64,000 nucleotides of DNA from Nageia nagi (taxonomy: Eukaryota; Plantae; Pinophyta), in contig JBITNC010000001.1 in assembly GCA_050084985.1 (NCBI GenBank), positions 42,098,001 to 42,162,000 on the forward strand, in the 5' to 3' direction. A model generated the notes under the pieces. It worked only from the letters and a program-made list of their open reading frames with translations, was not told where the DNA came from and searched no databases. Positions 21,941 to 36,900 of this stretch are shown here, piece by piece (position 1 is the first letter of the stretch; each line of letters starts with the position of its first letter). Both the position numbers and the translations under genes were made by a program.

Positions 21941-24900
21941 GTAAGTTTATGTTTTCTTGATAATTTGTGTAAATCTTTTTAATGTTTTGTTACAGGCATA
22001 AAAACGATTGTTGATGCATACGATAATTTTTGGGAAAGAATCTGACGTTTATGAACTTTTGAAATATAATTGTGAAGCGTTTCAAGTTTCGTAAAAGAAT
22101 TAAGGCATATAAACTCTTGGAAAACAATTTTTAAGTCTTTGTATTATGGGAAAATAATTCAACATTCCCAGTTACTCAATTTATAATGAAATCTGTTACT
22201 TTATCCTTCGCATTCGATTCTTTAACAAAATGTTATGAAACTAAATTTTAGTTTGAGAGAATGGGCTGAATAGATTTTAATTTTTATCTTTTTCTTTGAG
22301 GTTTGGCAAAAATTCTCACTTTTCTGGTACACCTGATCCTTGATTCCACTATAGGAAACACTGCAACATATTACAGGAATGTGCCTTTAACCACCTTAAG
22401 TACCGGATTACTGGTTCTATTTCAGTATCTCTAGTTGCCGAGGGATCACATTATCTTGTATTTTGTTTCAAGTAATTTACATGTTCAGGTTTTGGTCATC
22501 TGTCAGCTGACGGTATTACCAATTAGGCCATGGCAACTCGTCTATGGATGAGGTAAACTACAATGTTATGCGTCTCTTCTCCATATTGCTATTTTTGCAA
22601 CTTCTTGCGCTTCATCATATACCTTTTCTGTGGGACACTATCTCACTCCTGCTTTCACCGAATTGGTATTCAAACCTTTTTCGCCTCAACTTATGCTTGA
22701 ACTATCCTGCATGAAATGTCTGGCATATCTGTAATATGCATCTATCTTGTCCACGAATCTCCAGCTCATCAAGTTCGAATTTGCATTGCAGTTCCAAAAT
22801 TAAATACACCACAATTAGTGAACTCACTTTGCAATATTGCAATGAAAGAATTATCAATCTATTGTGTTTGAAGAAATGCCATACTTGTTGCAATAACCAC
22901 AAAGAACTCCAATAGCCAAGAATGATGAAGATCATCACACGAAATGAAGAAGTCACCAAATGGGGAATGGACACTTTGGTAATCGAAAAAGAAAATAGAC
23001 AAATAATTCACAAGATGATTTCCAGTGGTAATGTTGGAAGACATCATTACAAGTTACTAACACTCCTTAAGTGACAAACTTCCATAGTGTTAAGCATATT
23101 CTGTAGCTGTTAGAAACTTAATTCCACAATGGTCATCTGGTATGCTGGCATGCTCTTACCATACCAGAGCCTGAATGATGAATTCTGACATGAGTCATAA
23201 CCTTTATAACATGAAGGTCACAATCAAGTGCCTGTGCATCATCTACAAAATGCTAGCCGTTATTGAAGTCCTCATTATCAGAAACATAAAGCTTTCTGTG
23301 GTCATCATTACTCATAGGAAATGCTATCAAGGGCATATGTTATGACCCACCTTGATGGTACCTGCCAATATCATGAATCTCCCTCTAAAGCTGAATGGAA
23401 CAACAATGTCGTGAATCTCTTCGAACATGAATGAATTGACAAATTCCATCTAAAGATGCTTGCTTGTAAGGTTGGAGTCAAAGGAATACCATATTACCTT
23501 CCTGATTGAAAACTTATTTTAGTTTTATGTTGGTCCTCTTGTTGTTTCATGCCATTTTGAGCCTGCTGAAGATTTTCCTCGAGTGAGGTAAAAATTTCTT
23601 GTTGATACTGTAATATGTTGCCCACTTCATTGACTTTTGCTGATCCTGGGATGTAAACCATCAGTGTAGGGTTTTTTTACCCGTAGATTGCTTTGTAAGG
23701 GGACATTTTAGTGGATAAATACTATGATGTCTTATACCACCGTTCGACTAAGGAAATCCACTTAACTTATTGAGTTTGTTTATCTGATGTAAAGCATTTC
23801 AAATATTTTTTTGAAATGTTTGTTTACTATTTCTGTTTGGCCATTTGAATGTGGGAGGTAAGTGGAACTCATATTTAACATAGTGCCATTGAATTGGAAA
23901 AGCTTCCTTCATAAGTTGCTTGTGAATATTGGATATCCATCATTGACAATATGTTCTGGCATATTGTGAAGGTGAAAGGATTGGTTTAGTAGTATATTGT
24001 CAATTTTGCTTGCTATAAAATAATGATGGAGAGCAAGAAAATGTCCAGTAATCCTTTGATAAATTACATTTTGATATTTGACCATTGTTTATTTGGAATC
24101 GGTAGGGGTTACTATAGTCCATGTGTTTTTATCATTTGCCTTTGTTTCTTTGACATATTTCATATATCTCCACAAATTTCTTGACATCTTGTTTAAGTCC
24201 CTCCCAAAAACAAATTGTATTACTCTGTGGTAGGTTTTGAAAAAACCAAAGCGACCTGAATGTAGCTCTTGGAGAATCAATTCCTTGCTCAGAATATGAG
24301 AATTTCATTCTGCCATTGAAATCTAGTGAGTTTGTTTGTCATTGTTGCTTACCCATTGAATGATATTTATTACTATTGGATCTTCCATACTTTCCTTTCG
24401 GATTCCCTTCAACCATGTTGGCTTTTAAGATGATTTTGCATGTAGAGATACTTGTTCCTCATGCATCTATAACCATATTTTCTTTTCCCTTTTGTATTGG
24501 ACTTCAAAGTCAAACCCAAGCATCTTGTTTACCTATTTTAGGTGTGTTGAGAAAGAAAGGCATTGGCCCAAGAAGTATTTATGGCTGCTCTGATCCATTT
24601 TAATTGTAAAGTGTCTCTCAAACAAGTAAGGTCTCCATTTCTAGACTGCATGTAGGATAGACATCAGTTTTTTTTTCATATGTAGACTTCCCCAAGTTTC
24701 GTCATGAGAGGTTTTTTCTCTCGAATGTAAAGGGATGATCATCTTTCATCAATATATCATCAATTCCATGTTCTGATGCATTGCACTCTATCACAAATGG
24801 TTTACTAAAATTTTACATGGCTAAAACAAGTGTACATCACCTATCTTCCTTGACTTTATTGAATGTTGGTGTGGTTATTTTTGACCATGTGAATGCATCT

Positions 24901-27900
24901 TTATTGGTTAATGCTCTTAAGGGTGCTACAATTTTCTTATAATTCTTGACAAACTTCCTATAATAGCGTATAAATCGCAAAAATCCTTAAGATTTTTGAT
25001 AGTTTTAGGTAGTGGCCATTTTTCAAAGCTTGAATCTTCTTAAGGTCTAACTTGACTCCTCCTCATAAAACAATATTGTCAAATAGTAGTCTACTTCTTT
25101 ATTCTAAAGGAACACTTGTTGGCATTTGTTTTTCTTCTTCTAATTTTTGAAGAACCTGGTCAATTCTTACTATATATAAATAGATGATTAAAGGACACCA
25201 AAACAAATTTTCTGAGGAAAAGTTTGAATATTGTATTCATGAGGCCTTGAAAGGTGGACAGAGCATTGGCGAGGTCAAAGGGCATGACTAGATATTCATG
25301 ATGACCTTCATGTGTTCTAAATGCTATTTTGGAAATATCCTAATCTTTGACTCTTATTTGATGATATTATGATCTAAGGTCGATTTTGGTGAAAAACATG
25401 CTCCATGCAGCTCATCTCTTAAAACATCAACAATAGAAATTGGAAACTTGTTTTTGATGGTGATCTTGTTGAGTTTCTAGAAATCTATGCACATACTCCA
25501 TGATCCATCGTTTTTTTCGAACCATCACTATTGGTGAAGAGTAAGGGTTGTTGCTTAGTCAAGTGACACCTTGCCCTAATAAGTCTTGTACTAGTTTCCT
25601 AGGTTCACCTTTTTGACTAAATCGATACTTGTATGGCCAAATATTAGGAGTTTTACTTCCTTGCTCTAGGTTGATGGCATGGTTATGACATTGTTTTGGG
25701 GGTAGTCCTTGTGGTTGTTGAAAGATGTTATTATGCTTGAGGATAATTTGTTCTAGTACATGTGCAAGGTTTTGTTCTTCTTGTGTTACCTCCATTGTGA
25801 AGAATTATGTTACTAACTCTCTATGCTTCTTCTTGATAAGCTTTTGCAATTGGTGTGCGCTAACTACTTGTGGGGGTGGAGTATTCATACCTTTTATCAA
25901 GATTTCCTTTCCTTCTCTTTTCCATTTTAAATATATTTTCTTGAGTTTCATTGAAAACTCTCCCAAAGTTTGTAGCCATTGGGAACCTAATACTACATTT
26001 ACCTCGTGTATGTTCATGGAATACATATTTGTTGAAAGAGTATAATCACTCACAATTAATTTTGTACATGACTTATACCTTTGCATGATGCATTTTCTCA
26101 TTGGCTATGAATACACTGAAGTTCTTTATGGGACACAAAACAATTTAGCCTTTTTGCCATTGAATTGTTGATAAAATTTTGTGTGCTACCAGCCTACCAC
26201 TATCAATAAGAACAACTACCTTTTGTTTCTTAATGTGACCACATACCATGAATGCATGTGGTAATGAGATTTCAACCAATACATGTAGCGAAATTGTTGC
26301 TATCTCCTTATTTGTTTTTGGTTCTTCATCTACTTCAACTTCTTCAATTTATTCTTTTAGATCCAAATAATTTACTTTTATTATGCATACCATGGTGTAC
26401 TTTGTCTCTTGCTATGTTTTTTATCACATCTATAGATAGCCCTTTGGATATCTTATCATTAATTTCACTTCATGACCTCGAAACAGTCTTCTTATTCCTT
26501 TCTTTGTCATCGGTTTCATTGGTTGCCAAGGAGATCTTTTGAAGGGTGGTTGGTAAGTTGTTGCCAGCTTCGCCTCTGCTTTTTTTTTTTTTTGCTTTGG
26601 TGAGTGCTTCCTCCCATGTTTTCGGTTCAAGCATGCCCACTTCCTTTCTGATAATCTCTTTGAGTCCTTGAAGAAAAGTTGACAAAAGTGCCTCCCTTGG
26701 AATCCTATGTACATTGTTTACCATTTTGATAAATTGAGCTTCAAAATCTTTGATTGACCTTTTTTTAATGATTAAATAGACATATCATATAAGTTCCATT
26801 ATCGATATTATGAAACTTTGGTAATATCCATTTGTGGAATCTTTTCCAAGAGGGTGTTGTTTCACATTCGTTCAATTTCAAATGGATGGCTCACCATGCT
26901 ATCATTAGAAAAGGCAGACCTTTCTGTATATTGATGTGCCAAAGATTTTTTCTTTTCAGTGGTGGTGGGTTTCTTTTGGTTTTGTTCCTCCTTTTCTGGC
27001 TGATTGTGCTGTTCCTTCTTGGTGGTCTTCCCTTCAAAAAGTATATTGGCAAACCGTTTTCTTGTTGTACTAATTGCTGATTGTAATGTAGGTGCAGTAT
27101 TTGCTGATAGTTTTTGTTCCATACGTTCTATGTCTTCTTATTCAGTCCTTTTTTTATATCTTTTTTCATATGCTTCTTTGGTGATCCTAGCATCCATCCA
27201 ACTATCGGGAACAGGTTCCATTGATGCTTGCTGATTTGGGTTCATTGCAATTTTGTAAGTTGATTTCATTTGAGAGGTTTTTGCACGCTGCAAGGTTTTG
27301 TCTCTTCCTATACCCACTTTTTCTTTTGAAACTAATATGTGGGATGTAGGTGACCTTACCCAATATAATTCTTTAGGGAAATTCACGTGGAATTTTGGAA
27401 CTAGGTTATCAAAACTCGTATCTGCTGAGGGTATTGTCGAAAAACATGTTATTATGATCGTCTTGGTGAGATGAGTCTAACGGTGTAGATCGCTTAGGGG
27501 CAAAATTTCAGTTTTAACTCTATCAGAGGTGTTGTTAAAGATACATGTTATTGTGATTGCTTGATGAGACATATCTTATAGTGTAGATCTCTTGATGGAT
27601 GTTTACAAAAAAAATGCTCTGCAGGAAAAACAATTTGCAAGAAAAATAATTTTTTTTGTGTCTGATTAGATTTGTAGTTTGACATGCTTGTAGCATTGTA
27701 ATGCCATCGAATGCAACTTCAATATTCCTCATCCAAGGTAGCAACATGTAGTACATTGTTGAAACTCCATGTCCATGTGTTAGTGCAATTTGCAAACACT
27801 CTAGTTTGTTGTAGTTGTCCCTCCTCACCAGACGCTCCTTGTGCATGAGAATGCATGTATGTTAGAGCGAAGGTGTTCGTGCAAAAACCTTAAGAAAATC

Positions 27901-30900
27901 ATATGCAAGTGAAAACAGGTAGGGCCTTTGCTCCATATGTGCGGCCAATACTCCTTAGAGCTCAACATGGGTTCCCACAATCTCTCCAGTGTGAAGCAAG
28001 AAACCATTTCATCCTCCAATGTAGGATATCCAACTGCTAACTGGGTCATCATTGTGGAGATAGACCTTTCTAGGTCAAGCGTGTCACCTCCTAGCTCAAG
28101 AATGCCTTGCGAGGGAAATGCAACCTCCCTCATACCCAACGTTAGGTAGCCATCATCATTGCTTTTCAACGTGTGACATCCCCCTTGTACTTTTGACTCG
28201 TTGGGTCATCTTGTATTATATTCCTTTTATGTATTTGTATTTACTTTGTTGTAACTCAGGATAGGAGTTTAACGGATCATGTGGATCCCACTATGAGCCC
28301 CAAGTGGGACGTCTCCCTCCTGAGTAGTAGAATAGGCATGTTTTGTATTGAAGATCTCGGGTTGTGGGAATCCCAAGGTAGATTTATGCTTTATCATGTT
28401 AAATGGCCATTGGGATGCTAGTGCTAGCCTGGGGAGGGCCCCAAACCCCCACATTAGCTCATGAGAGCTCTGGGACCCCCATGTTGGCTAGTGTAATAGT
28501 AGTAAAATATCTCGGAATTTTTAGATTTTTTAAATGTGATTGTTTCTAATTCATTATTATTATAATATTATCAATTCATTGAGTTCAATCATATGAATAA
28601 TGAAACATAATATCAAAATGAACCATAATCAATGATCATAACGCCATAATATCATTAAATCGGAAATTTGAATCAGTCTAGTACATAGTAGCAGGTTGTA
28701 AAATGCCAAAATACCAAAATGAACTATCAAACTATGGCTGTAAGGGCTCATGTGCTACTGATTGTAATCAACATCATCCTCTTGATCAGCAAGGCTATTT
28801 GATGTGCTGCTTTCATCATCCAAATGGAAATCCTCCAATGGCAATCCTACCAATCCCTGCACATCATCATCAACCTCAAGATTAGTTGCCTCCATAGGAT
28901 CAAAATCCCATCGTGCAACTGGACTAGCCTTGTACTCAGGCTTAACTCTCTCTTTAAGGCAAAGATAGCTATGCATTGCTACTAGCTTCTCCTCTCTCTT
29001 AGGGTTAAGCCTGTTCCTCCTCATGCTATGGATGAAGCCATAGGTGGACCAATTCCTCTCTGCAACAGATGAACTAGCAACCTACAAAAGTATTTGATAA
29101 ATGTAGAATTAGAAATTTTAATTTAGAAACAATTATTTAAATTTCAAATTCTTTATATCAATAGGAACTCATCTACCAACTTGAGAAAGGAGCTTGACTG
29201 CAAGTTGCTTCAAATGTGGAGCATCATCCCCATATAGATCCCACCATCCAATGGGATACATTTGGGCAAGGTTAGCCCTATCCTCTCTGCGCTTTGGTGT
29301 GCTAAATCGAGGACCCCTGAGTCTCACAAATTGTATGAATTTTGATCTAATAATGGCACTCTCCTCTGATGTATACACCTTAATAATGAACTTCCTAAAT
29401 CCATCTTTCACTTGATCATTATTAGGTGTCTTTTTTTTTTGTCTCGGGGTACATACCATTTTGGATTCAATGCACGGGCAGCCATATGAAGAGGGGTGTT
29501 CATCTTATCCCACTTACAATAGATCAAAAAGTTAATTTAAAAAATTTAAAAACAATCCAAATTATTTAAAACTACCATCAAGTTTCAACAATCAACATTT
29601 GTTACACAGTTACGGTTACCTCTTCACTATAATATGATTTGCTCTTCATAAAATGAAGGATCTTTAGTACAAATAATCCTTTTAACTTCCTCAAGCATGC
29701 TGTCCAAAGTTTCATATATCTCTCCTAAATTGGGAGAATTTGTATCAACATACCTATGATAGCATGGATGGGATTAATGAAAGATACAAGGTACCTACAA
29801 GGATTGAAGAAAAAAGTCAAATCATTGAAATCATCAATAATAAAAAATTTAAAATTAAAACTACAAAGTGAAACTTTATTTACCTAAAATCATCCCACCA
29901 ATGATTATCCATGACTTTGTCTCTAAGTCTTTTTCCTTCTTCTGTGTGAGATTCTGGCCACCTCTTCCATTCTTGTGTTACTACCATGCTTTGCAATGCA
30001 TGCTCCACCTCAAGCATCCTCTCCAATAGAATGAAATATGTGGCATATCTTGTCTTAACAGGTTTTATAAACTCCTTTTTTGAGGAGGAGCGAAAGAGGG
30101 CTAATGAAGTGTGATGGTTGCAAATAAACATTTGCAAGCCTTTGCAACCATGTTCTTCACCCATGGTATCTTTCCAATGTCTTTCAATGCATTATTCAAT
30201 GCATTTACACATGGGGTGCAATCAATATGTTTGTAATGGCCCTTTATCGATTTTCCTGCACATCGACAAACAAGGGTTGCATCTGTAATGACCTACAAAA
30301 CAAAAAAAAGAGGTTAAATATTTGAAAACTTAAATATTTAAAATTTAAAACAATTTTTTTTGTATTATAATTAAAAATTTAAATGTGTTTACCTACACAA
30401 CATTGGAGGGTCCAACATCCCCAATAGCGTTCTTCAAAAGAACAAATTGGAACTTTGCATCCTTCTTTTTCCCTGAGCAATCAATAGCCCGAAGAAAAGG
30501 ACCCTTTGAACCTGTAACAATGATATTGATGAGTGGGCGTTGACTAATGTTAGTCCACCCATCCATCACTATAGAACAACCATTGGTCACCCATGCTGCC
30601 CTCATCCCGTCCATCATTGAAGTGCACTTGGCATATTGCCTATCCAAAAGAGTAGTACGAAGTCTAGTCTCTGATGGAAGTACATATGATGGCCTTACTT
30701 CCTTCACTTTTTCAAATACATCCTTGTAGTAAAATGAGCGTGCAATATGGAAGGGCAAATCAAGTGCAAAAAAGAAGTTGCACATAGACTCATCAGCCAC
30801 TTTTTTTGCTTGTAAGTTCAATGCATCAGCAATGTTCCCTCTTTTTCTAGAAGGGGGCAATGTAGGACTGGGCAAAGTAGAAGAGCAAGGTTGTGTGCAA

Positions 30901-33900
30901 GATGATGATGTATGGGTAGAAGGACTAGGAAATGATCAGCTAGGTCGACTCAATATTGGATCTCCTTGTGTTTGAACGGTCCCTTGTTCAAGCCTAGAAG
31001 CTTCGGCAAATTGGAAGTTATTCATGCTTTTACATACTCTCACCCTTGACCCTTGTCTATTAGTAAGGTGTGATACAACCCTGCTATAACTTCCAGAAAA
31101 ATTAGTGTTACAAAAATGGCAAGTGTAATTTCTCCCTCCCCCTTTAATTTTTTTGAGTTTTCCTTTGTCATTGTTTGTAACAAACTGAAGTAAGGGTTTT
31201 TTTGAGTCAAACGGCCCTCTAGCAAAAGGTTTTAACAATACAGATGGACACTCATAAATAGATGCACTGCTGCCCCCCCCAAAAGTTTGTATTTGTTCTT
31301 GTTCTATCTCATTTTCTGTCTCATGCCCCTCATTTTCACTCATTCTGGCAACTGGAAAATGAAAATGTTTTACTATTTAGAATCTATTAATCTACTATCT
31401 AGTAAACAAATAACTAAATAAAAATTAGTAGCACAAAGGGAAAGAATAAGGGAGAGAAATTGTACCTTGGATCCTCCTCCTCACTCATTGTTGTTTTCTC
31501 CTCCTTACTGTTGTATTTTCTCCTCCTTTGCTCCTCAAGGTTGCACACAAATGAAATGGTATGTTTTGCAATTAGGAGGTTCATGTAAGTTATTTTAGGG
31601 TTTAGAAGGGTGGGGGCATGTGTAGGACCCACCCCATGTCTTGAATTTTTGTTTTTAAGTGTTTTTGAGCTGCCAGCCGCTCATCCCTACGGGGAGTGGT
31701 TGAGGAGCGGTTAGCCACTCCCTATCCGCTCCTTTGAGCGTTTGGTTGCTCCCTAGACATTCCCGATTTATGGGACATTTTGGGAACGTCTGGGAGGGAG
31801 GGGAGACATTTCGGAGACATCGTTTTCAAGCGTGTTCCCTTGTTCCCAAATGTCAGAAACGTTTGAAATAGTTGTTCCGAAAGGAGGAACGCGTTCCTGT
31901 GTATCCTTGCTAGTCTCTTATTATCCGCCTATGGAAAATCATTTCTGATTCCTTGTAGGGTATGAGTCTTCCCATCAATTTCAAAACTCATTGTGAGTTT
32001 TTGATAGGTGGTGTGGATATCACCCAAGTCAAACAACCACTGCACTCCTAAGATGATATGAGGATGTCCTTTCAAAGGATAGATGTAGAAGTCTTTCCTC
32101 AACGTACATCTCTGCAATCTTACACCAAACCTCTCAACGATGTGGTCCACCAACGTGAGCTTCCCGTTGGCGTTGGAAACCCTGAATCCCTCAAACCCCT
32201 TGGTCTTTAGGTTCTTCTTCTTAGCAAAGCCTACATCAATGAAGTTGTAGGATGCTCCTGGATCAATCAAGACCATCACATCTTGTCCTCTTGCTTGCCC
32301 CATGATTTTTAGAGTAAGATACATCTTTACCCCATGCAACGAAGCAAGTACGCTTCCCATTGTGCCCTCAACTCGAGGTGAATCTTGACCTAGGGTATCT
32401 ACCCCAATCTCCAAATCTGAATCATCTGATTTGCCCTTTGAAAACACCGCTATGTAATGTACTTGCCCTTTACCTTGGCAACAATGTCCTGGCTCCCAAG
32501 TCTTCTTGCAGTAGAAGCATTTTCCTTCTTCTCTTAACTTCCCTTGTGTGGTTGCTTCCAATTGATTTGTTCTAGGCTGGGGGAAGGGTTTGGCCTTGCT
32601 AGGCCCTTCTCTATTAGTAATCGGGTTTCGGTTGACAAGCCCCCTGTACGCTTGTCCTTCTTTGAGGGATTTCATCGTGGCCTCAAGGTCGTATGTTCCC
32701 CAAATAGCGTCATCAAGGCTTTTAGGGGAAGATACCTTAACCATCCCCAGCAATGGCTCCATCAACCCCTCAATGAAGAGGAATATCAATCTTTCTTTAG
32801 GAATATGGTGGATCATGACGACAATCCTCTGAAACTTTGTCACATAATCGTCCACCGTCCCTAGCTGTCTCAATGATGTAAGATTCCGAAAGTAATCATC
32901 TTCCTTCTTCCAGTCGAATTGCTTGATCAACTGTCTGGCAAACTCATCAAATTAGGTGATGAGAGAATACCCTTGGCTGATCAACCCATGCTGCCACCAC
33001 TCCAGGGCATCATCCTCAGAATGCAATGATGCAAAATGAATCGCATCCTCCTCCACCATGTTAGGGTTTACGGTGAAATAAGTTTGCAACTTATGTAACC
33101 ATGCCCTAGCCGTCATCTTCTTCCCGTCATACATCTGCACCTGCATCTTATTGATCTTGTATTGCAGATCCTTCTTGTCATCCCACGAACTGCTAGAGGG
33201 TCATGGACCATGTACATTGCTTCCCTTCAGTCCTAAGATCTCCAGGTAGCAGTTGAAATTTACATCTCTCCATCTCGGATCTAACATGGAATATTCTTTG
33301 AATATCTGATTCGATTCCAATGGACTAGGAACCCTACTCTTTGTCACCTCCCCAGACTTTTGCGCAAACATGGGTTTGGACGGCTTCGGAATGACAGGTT
33401 GCCCCATCCTGCCAACATCCTCTTCCAAGTACCTCCTTAGGAGAGGGTTTGTACCCTGGGGTGCTCATTGTGAGTGGGATCTCAAAAATGTGGCCTCTAG
33501 ACGTTCCATCGACCCATGGTGGGTTGACTCCCGACCCCTCAAACTTTGAGATCTCCTTATGCTTGGCTCCAGATTTGCTCAATCCTCCTTTGATAACTCC
33601 TTTTTGTCATCTCTTGCATGACGTGGGGACTCTCTGTCATCCTTGGTATGAAGTGGACCCTCTCTATCATCTTGGTGTGGTGTGGGGCCTCTTTGTCACC
33701 CCTAATGTGACGTGGAGGGGTATTCTATCTCTCTGGCTCCTCTCGAACACCTAGATGTCTATTCAGTTACTGCTGCATAGTGGTGACCACTCCAATCATG
33801 CTATGAATGGCCGACATGAGTTCATCAATCTTTCGTTAGGGGTTGGATTCCCAAACCGCAGTGGGACTCCTCCTTGTGGAAGCTCTCTGTCTCTCTCCCT

Positions 33901-36900
33901 TCGCCTCTTCATCTCCGAATGCATCCTCATTCAACAATTCTTCCATCCATGGCAGTCTATCCTCATCATGGACGGCTCTTGCATGCGCCTCCTCAATGTG
34001 TGATCTTCTGCTTTTCCTAGCGGATGCCATCTCTCTCCAAGTGCTGGATCTGGCGTAGTAACGATGCACCGAAGGTCTCATGCACAGGTTGGCCAGATCC
34101 AAGCTTTGATACCACTTGTGATGCACCAAAATGCACCTCAAAGCAAAATCAACAAATTCAAAACCTTGAATCCTGATGTTAGGCCTAGGGCATCAACCAC
34201 ATGCATTCAAACTCTCCAATTGACAACGTTAGGGTTAGATCATCAGTAATCAACATGCACAACACCACAATACCCAAGATTGGCTAATACATGCAATATG
34301 CAATAAATAACATCCCACAATGCCAACGTATGATAATTACAAGCATGAACAACAATAGCAATCTAACGCATGCACAAATGGATAGACGCAAGACAAGTGT
34401 GAGATCCAAATGCCTTTGGCAATATATCAAATGATATGAAATGGCAATGATACAATACCAAGCCTAGAAGGGCTGACGTTGGCCTCTCAGGAGCCAAGTA
34501 GGGCACAACACAATATTTGTTCTCGCTGGAATAACTTTTGAACCATGGGACCGTATGCCTTCTCAGAATAAGAATCCTCTCCACCGAAGGAGCCCTTCTC
34601 AAATCTTGGATAACTATCGAAGGTAGAAGCAATACCTTGGAATACCATCGGATGGGCAAAGGTGCTAGACCAGTGCCATAGACAGACAAGATCCCTCAGC
34701 CTGAATTCCCTTTAGATGCTGCGCCTAGGAAGATTGCTTAGCACCACTAAGACTTGTTGTCGTTTGGATTGTATAGAAGTAATAATGATCAAGTATATCT
34801 AGTAATGAGACTCCAAGGATTAATATAGCTTTCCTTGGTTCGAATTACACCTCAAAGTCATCACCCAATCTCCTCATGGCCCAACATTGGCACCTAGGGA
34901 TCAATCCAGGCTCAATGTGGGTATCTGGGCCTCCCCTATTCTCCATGTGGACCCAAGAATGCATGCATGGGTCTAGGAGGCATGTGTGGGTACCTAGGGG
35001 GTAACGTGGGTCTCAAGGGCCAACGTGGGGGTCTAGAAGCCTCCCCCAAGCTGGCGTAGGTGTCTACATGCTCCCAATCTTAATGTTGGTCATAAAGTGT
35101 ACATCCGACCATTAAATGTTAAATAGGCCTTGGGATACCCACAATCATGTTTCGGGAACTCCAAGTATGACAATAACACCTAATCTAACCTTTGGGAGGG
35201 AGACATCCCACTTGGGGCTCACAGTGGGGTCCATCGACCCATTAAGTCTCCTATCCTAAGTTACAATATGAAAGTACAATGCATAAATAAAGTATATTAC
35301 AAAGAAGGACCTTTTGGACCCCACAGTTAATTACAATCGAACAAGGGGGACGTCACACTTTTCTTCATTGGGTGGTAGTTCATGTACCAATTTCTTACTG
35401 GCTGTTTTCTATAAACTAGAGAAATTTTGTAATGTCCCCTTTATGATGTCCTTCGCTTAAGAAATATTAATGAATTAAATTTTTATAAAGTAAAGTTCGA
35501 TGTCCCTCTTTTTGGAATAGTTAGGAGTATTTTTAAATAATTAAGTGTTATTTTATGTTGTGTTATAATAAAGGGGGCCTAGTGAAGGATCATAAGATCT
35601 TAAGTGAATGCAATGATATAGGGGAAAATGGTGTCCATTTGAGTTATTATTGATACCATTTTCTTGTCTATTCTGTGGAGAGAGCTACTGGACCAGCAAG
35701 CTTCCCATACTCTTCTGTGGATGAAAACTTGCAGGAGAAGAGGATCAAATGATGAAAACTCTTTTGTTCTTCAAAAAGCTCGAGGACGAAAACTCTTATG
35801 CTCTTTTTTGGTGGATTCATTCAGGGTTCACATTGGGCTTATTGGGTTGTTAAGTTTTAAGGGTTCCAAGAGTATTCTTCAAATTTGTGATTTTGAGTTC
35901 AGATCAGAATTGGAAGGCAGAGTTGCAGAATTAGAGATCAGATCTGAAGGATTTGAATAGATCTATCAGATCTGAAGTTTTTGAGAATACATCTATCAAA
36001 TCTGAAAGTTTTGTGAATAGGTCTAAGTTTAATGGTTGAGGGTTTGATGATTTGTAATCAGATTTGGTGGAGAAGAGAATTTTGAAATGTATAGTCAGTT
36101 TGGTAGGGTTTGTATTTGATTTCCATATCTATATAAATAGATCAAGGGTTTCCTAGTTGTACTGGAATTCCTTTACATCAATAAAATCTGATTTTGTGAT
36201 TGGTCTGCAATTTTATTGGTGAAGGTACTTAAGGTTTGTGTGAATTTGCATTTTATTCCAAATTTTTTTTTCAGATCTGAATATAGGGCATAAAAACCAG
36301 TAAAAAAATCAGAATTTTCACTATTCATTACGATTTGAGTTTACAAGGTTTATCTAGGGTTTTTGTAATGTACCCTTCTAGGGCTTATGCTAAACATGCA
36401 CAATTACTCAACACAATTCCACATTCATTCATTCACAAATCAGGGCACAACTGTAAATGCTTAATGGCCATCCAAACATGCGCTCAAGATTGAATTACAA
36501 CAACTGTAACCAGATCTGATATATAGCAGTGATGAAGTTTATACAACATGTGAAATAAACCAAACTAGGGCACAATTGCAGATATGTAATATAACAGTAA
36601 TATGCCACCAAAACACTCTAATCCGCACACATTCCCATGCATATCAAATGATAATAGTACAATAGTAGTAGAAGAACATTCATTCACATTCGAAGAGCAA
36701 TATAAAAGTCGAATATCAATAATAATGACCAAGAATAAGTATGGGGCTTTAACAAGCCTGTAACAAGTTCTAGGGAAAAGCCCAAGACTCCAACATGCTC
36801 AACCAAGACTCCTAAATTATGGCACAAGATCCAAGATGGTTCGCAAGGTTGGCACAAGTCTCAAGATGGCTCCAAGATCCTAGCACTATGGCTAGAAGGT

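Noticed and set aside
22300-23500. Moderately complex intronic sequence with small ORFs, considered as a nested gene
   Set aside because: No recognisable protein motif or consistent exon structure.
28487-31916. GCTAGTGT / GCTAGTCT as a true hAT 8-bp TSD
   Set aside because: The two ends show no matching TIR, the left end lacks subterminal repeats, and the flanks belong to different sequences. Treated as a junction similarity only.
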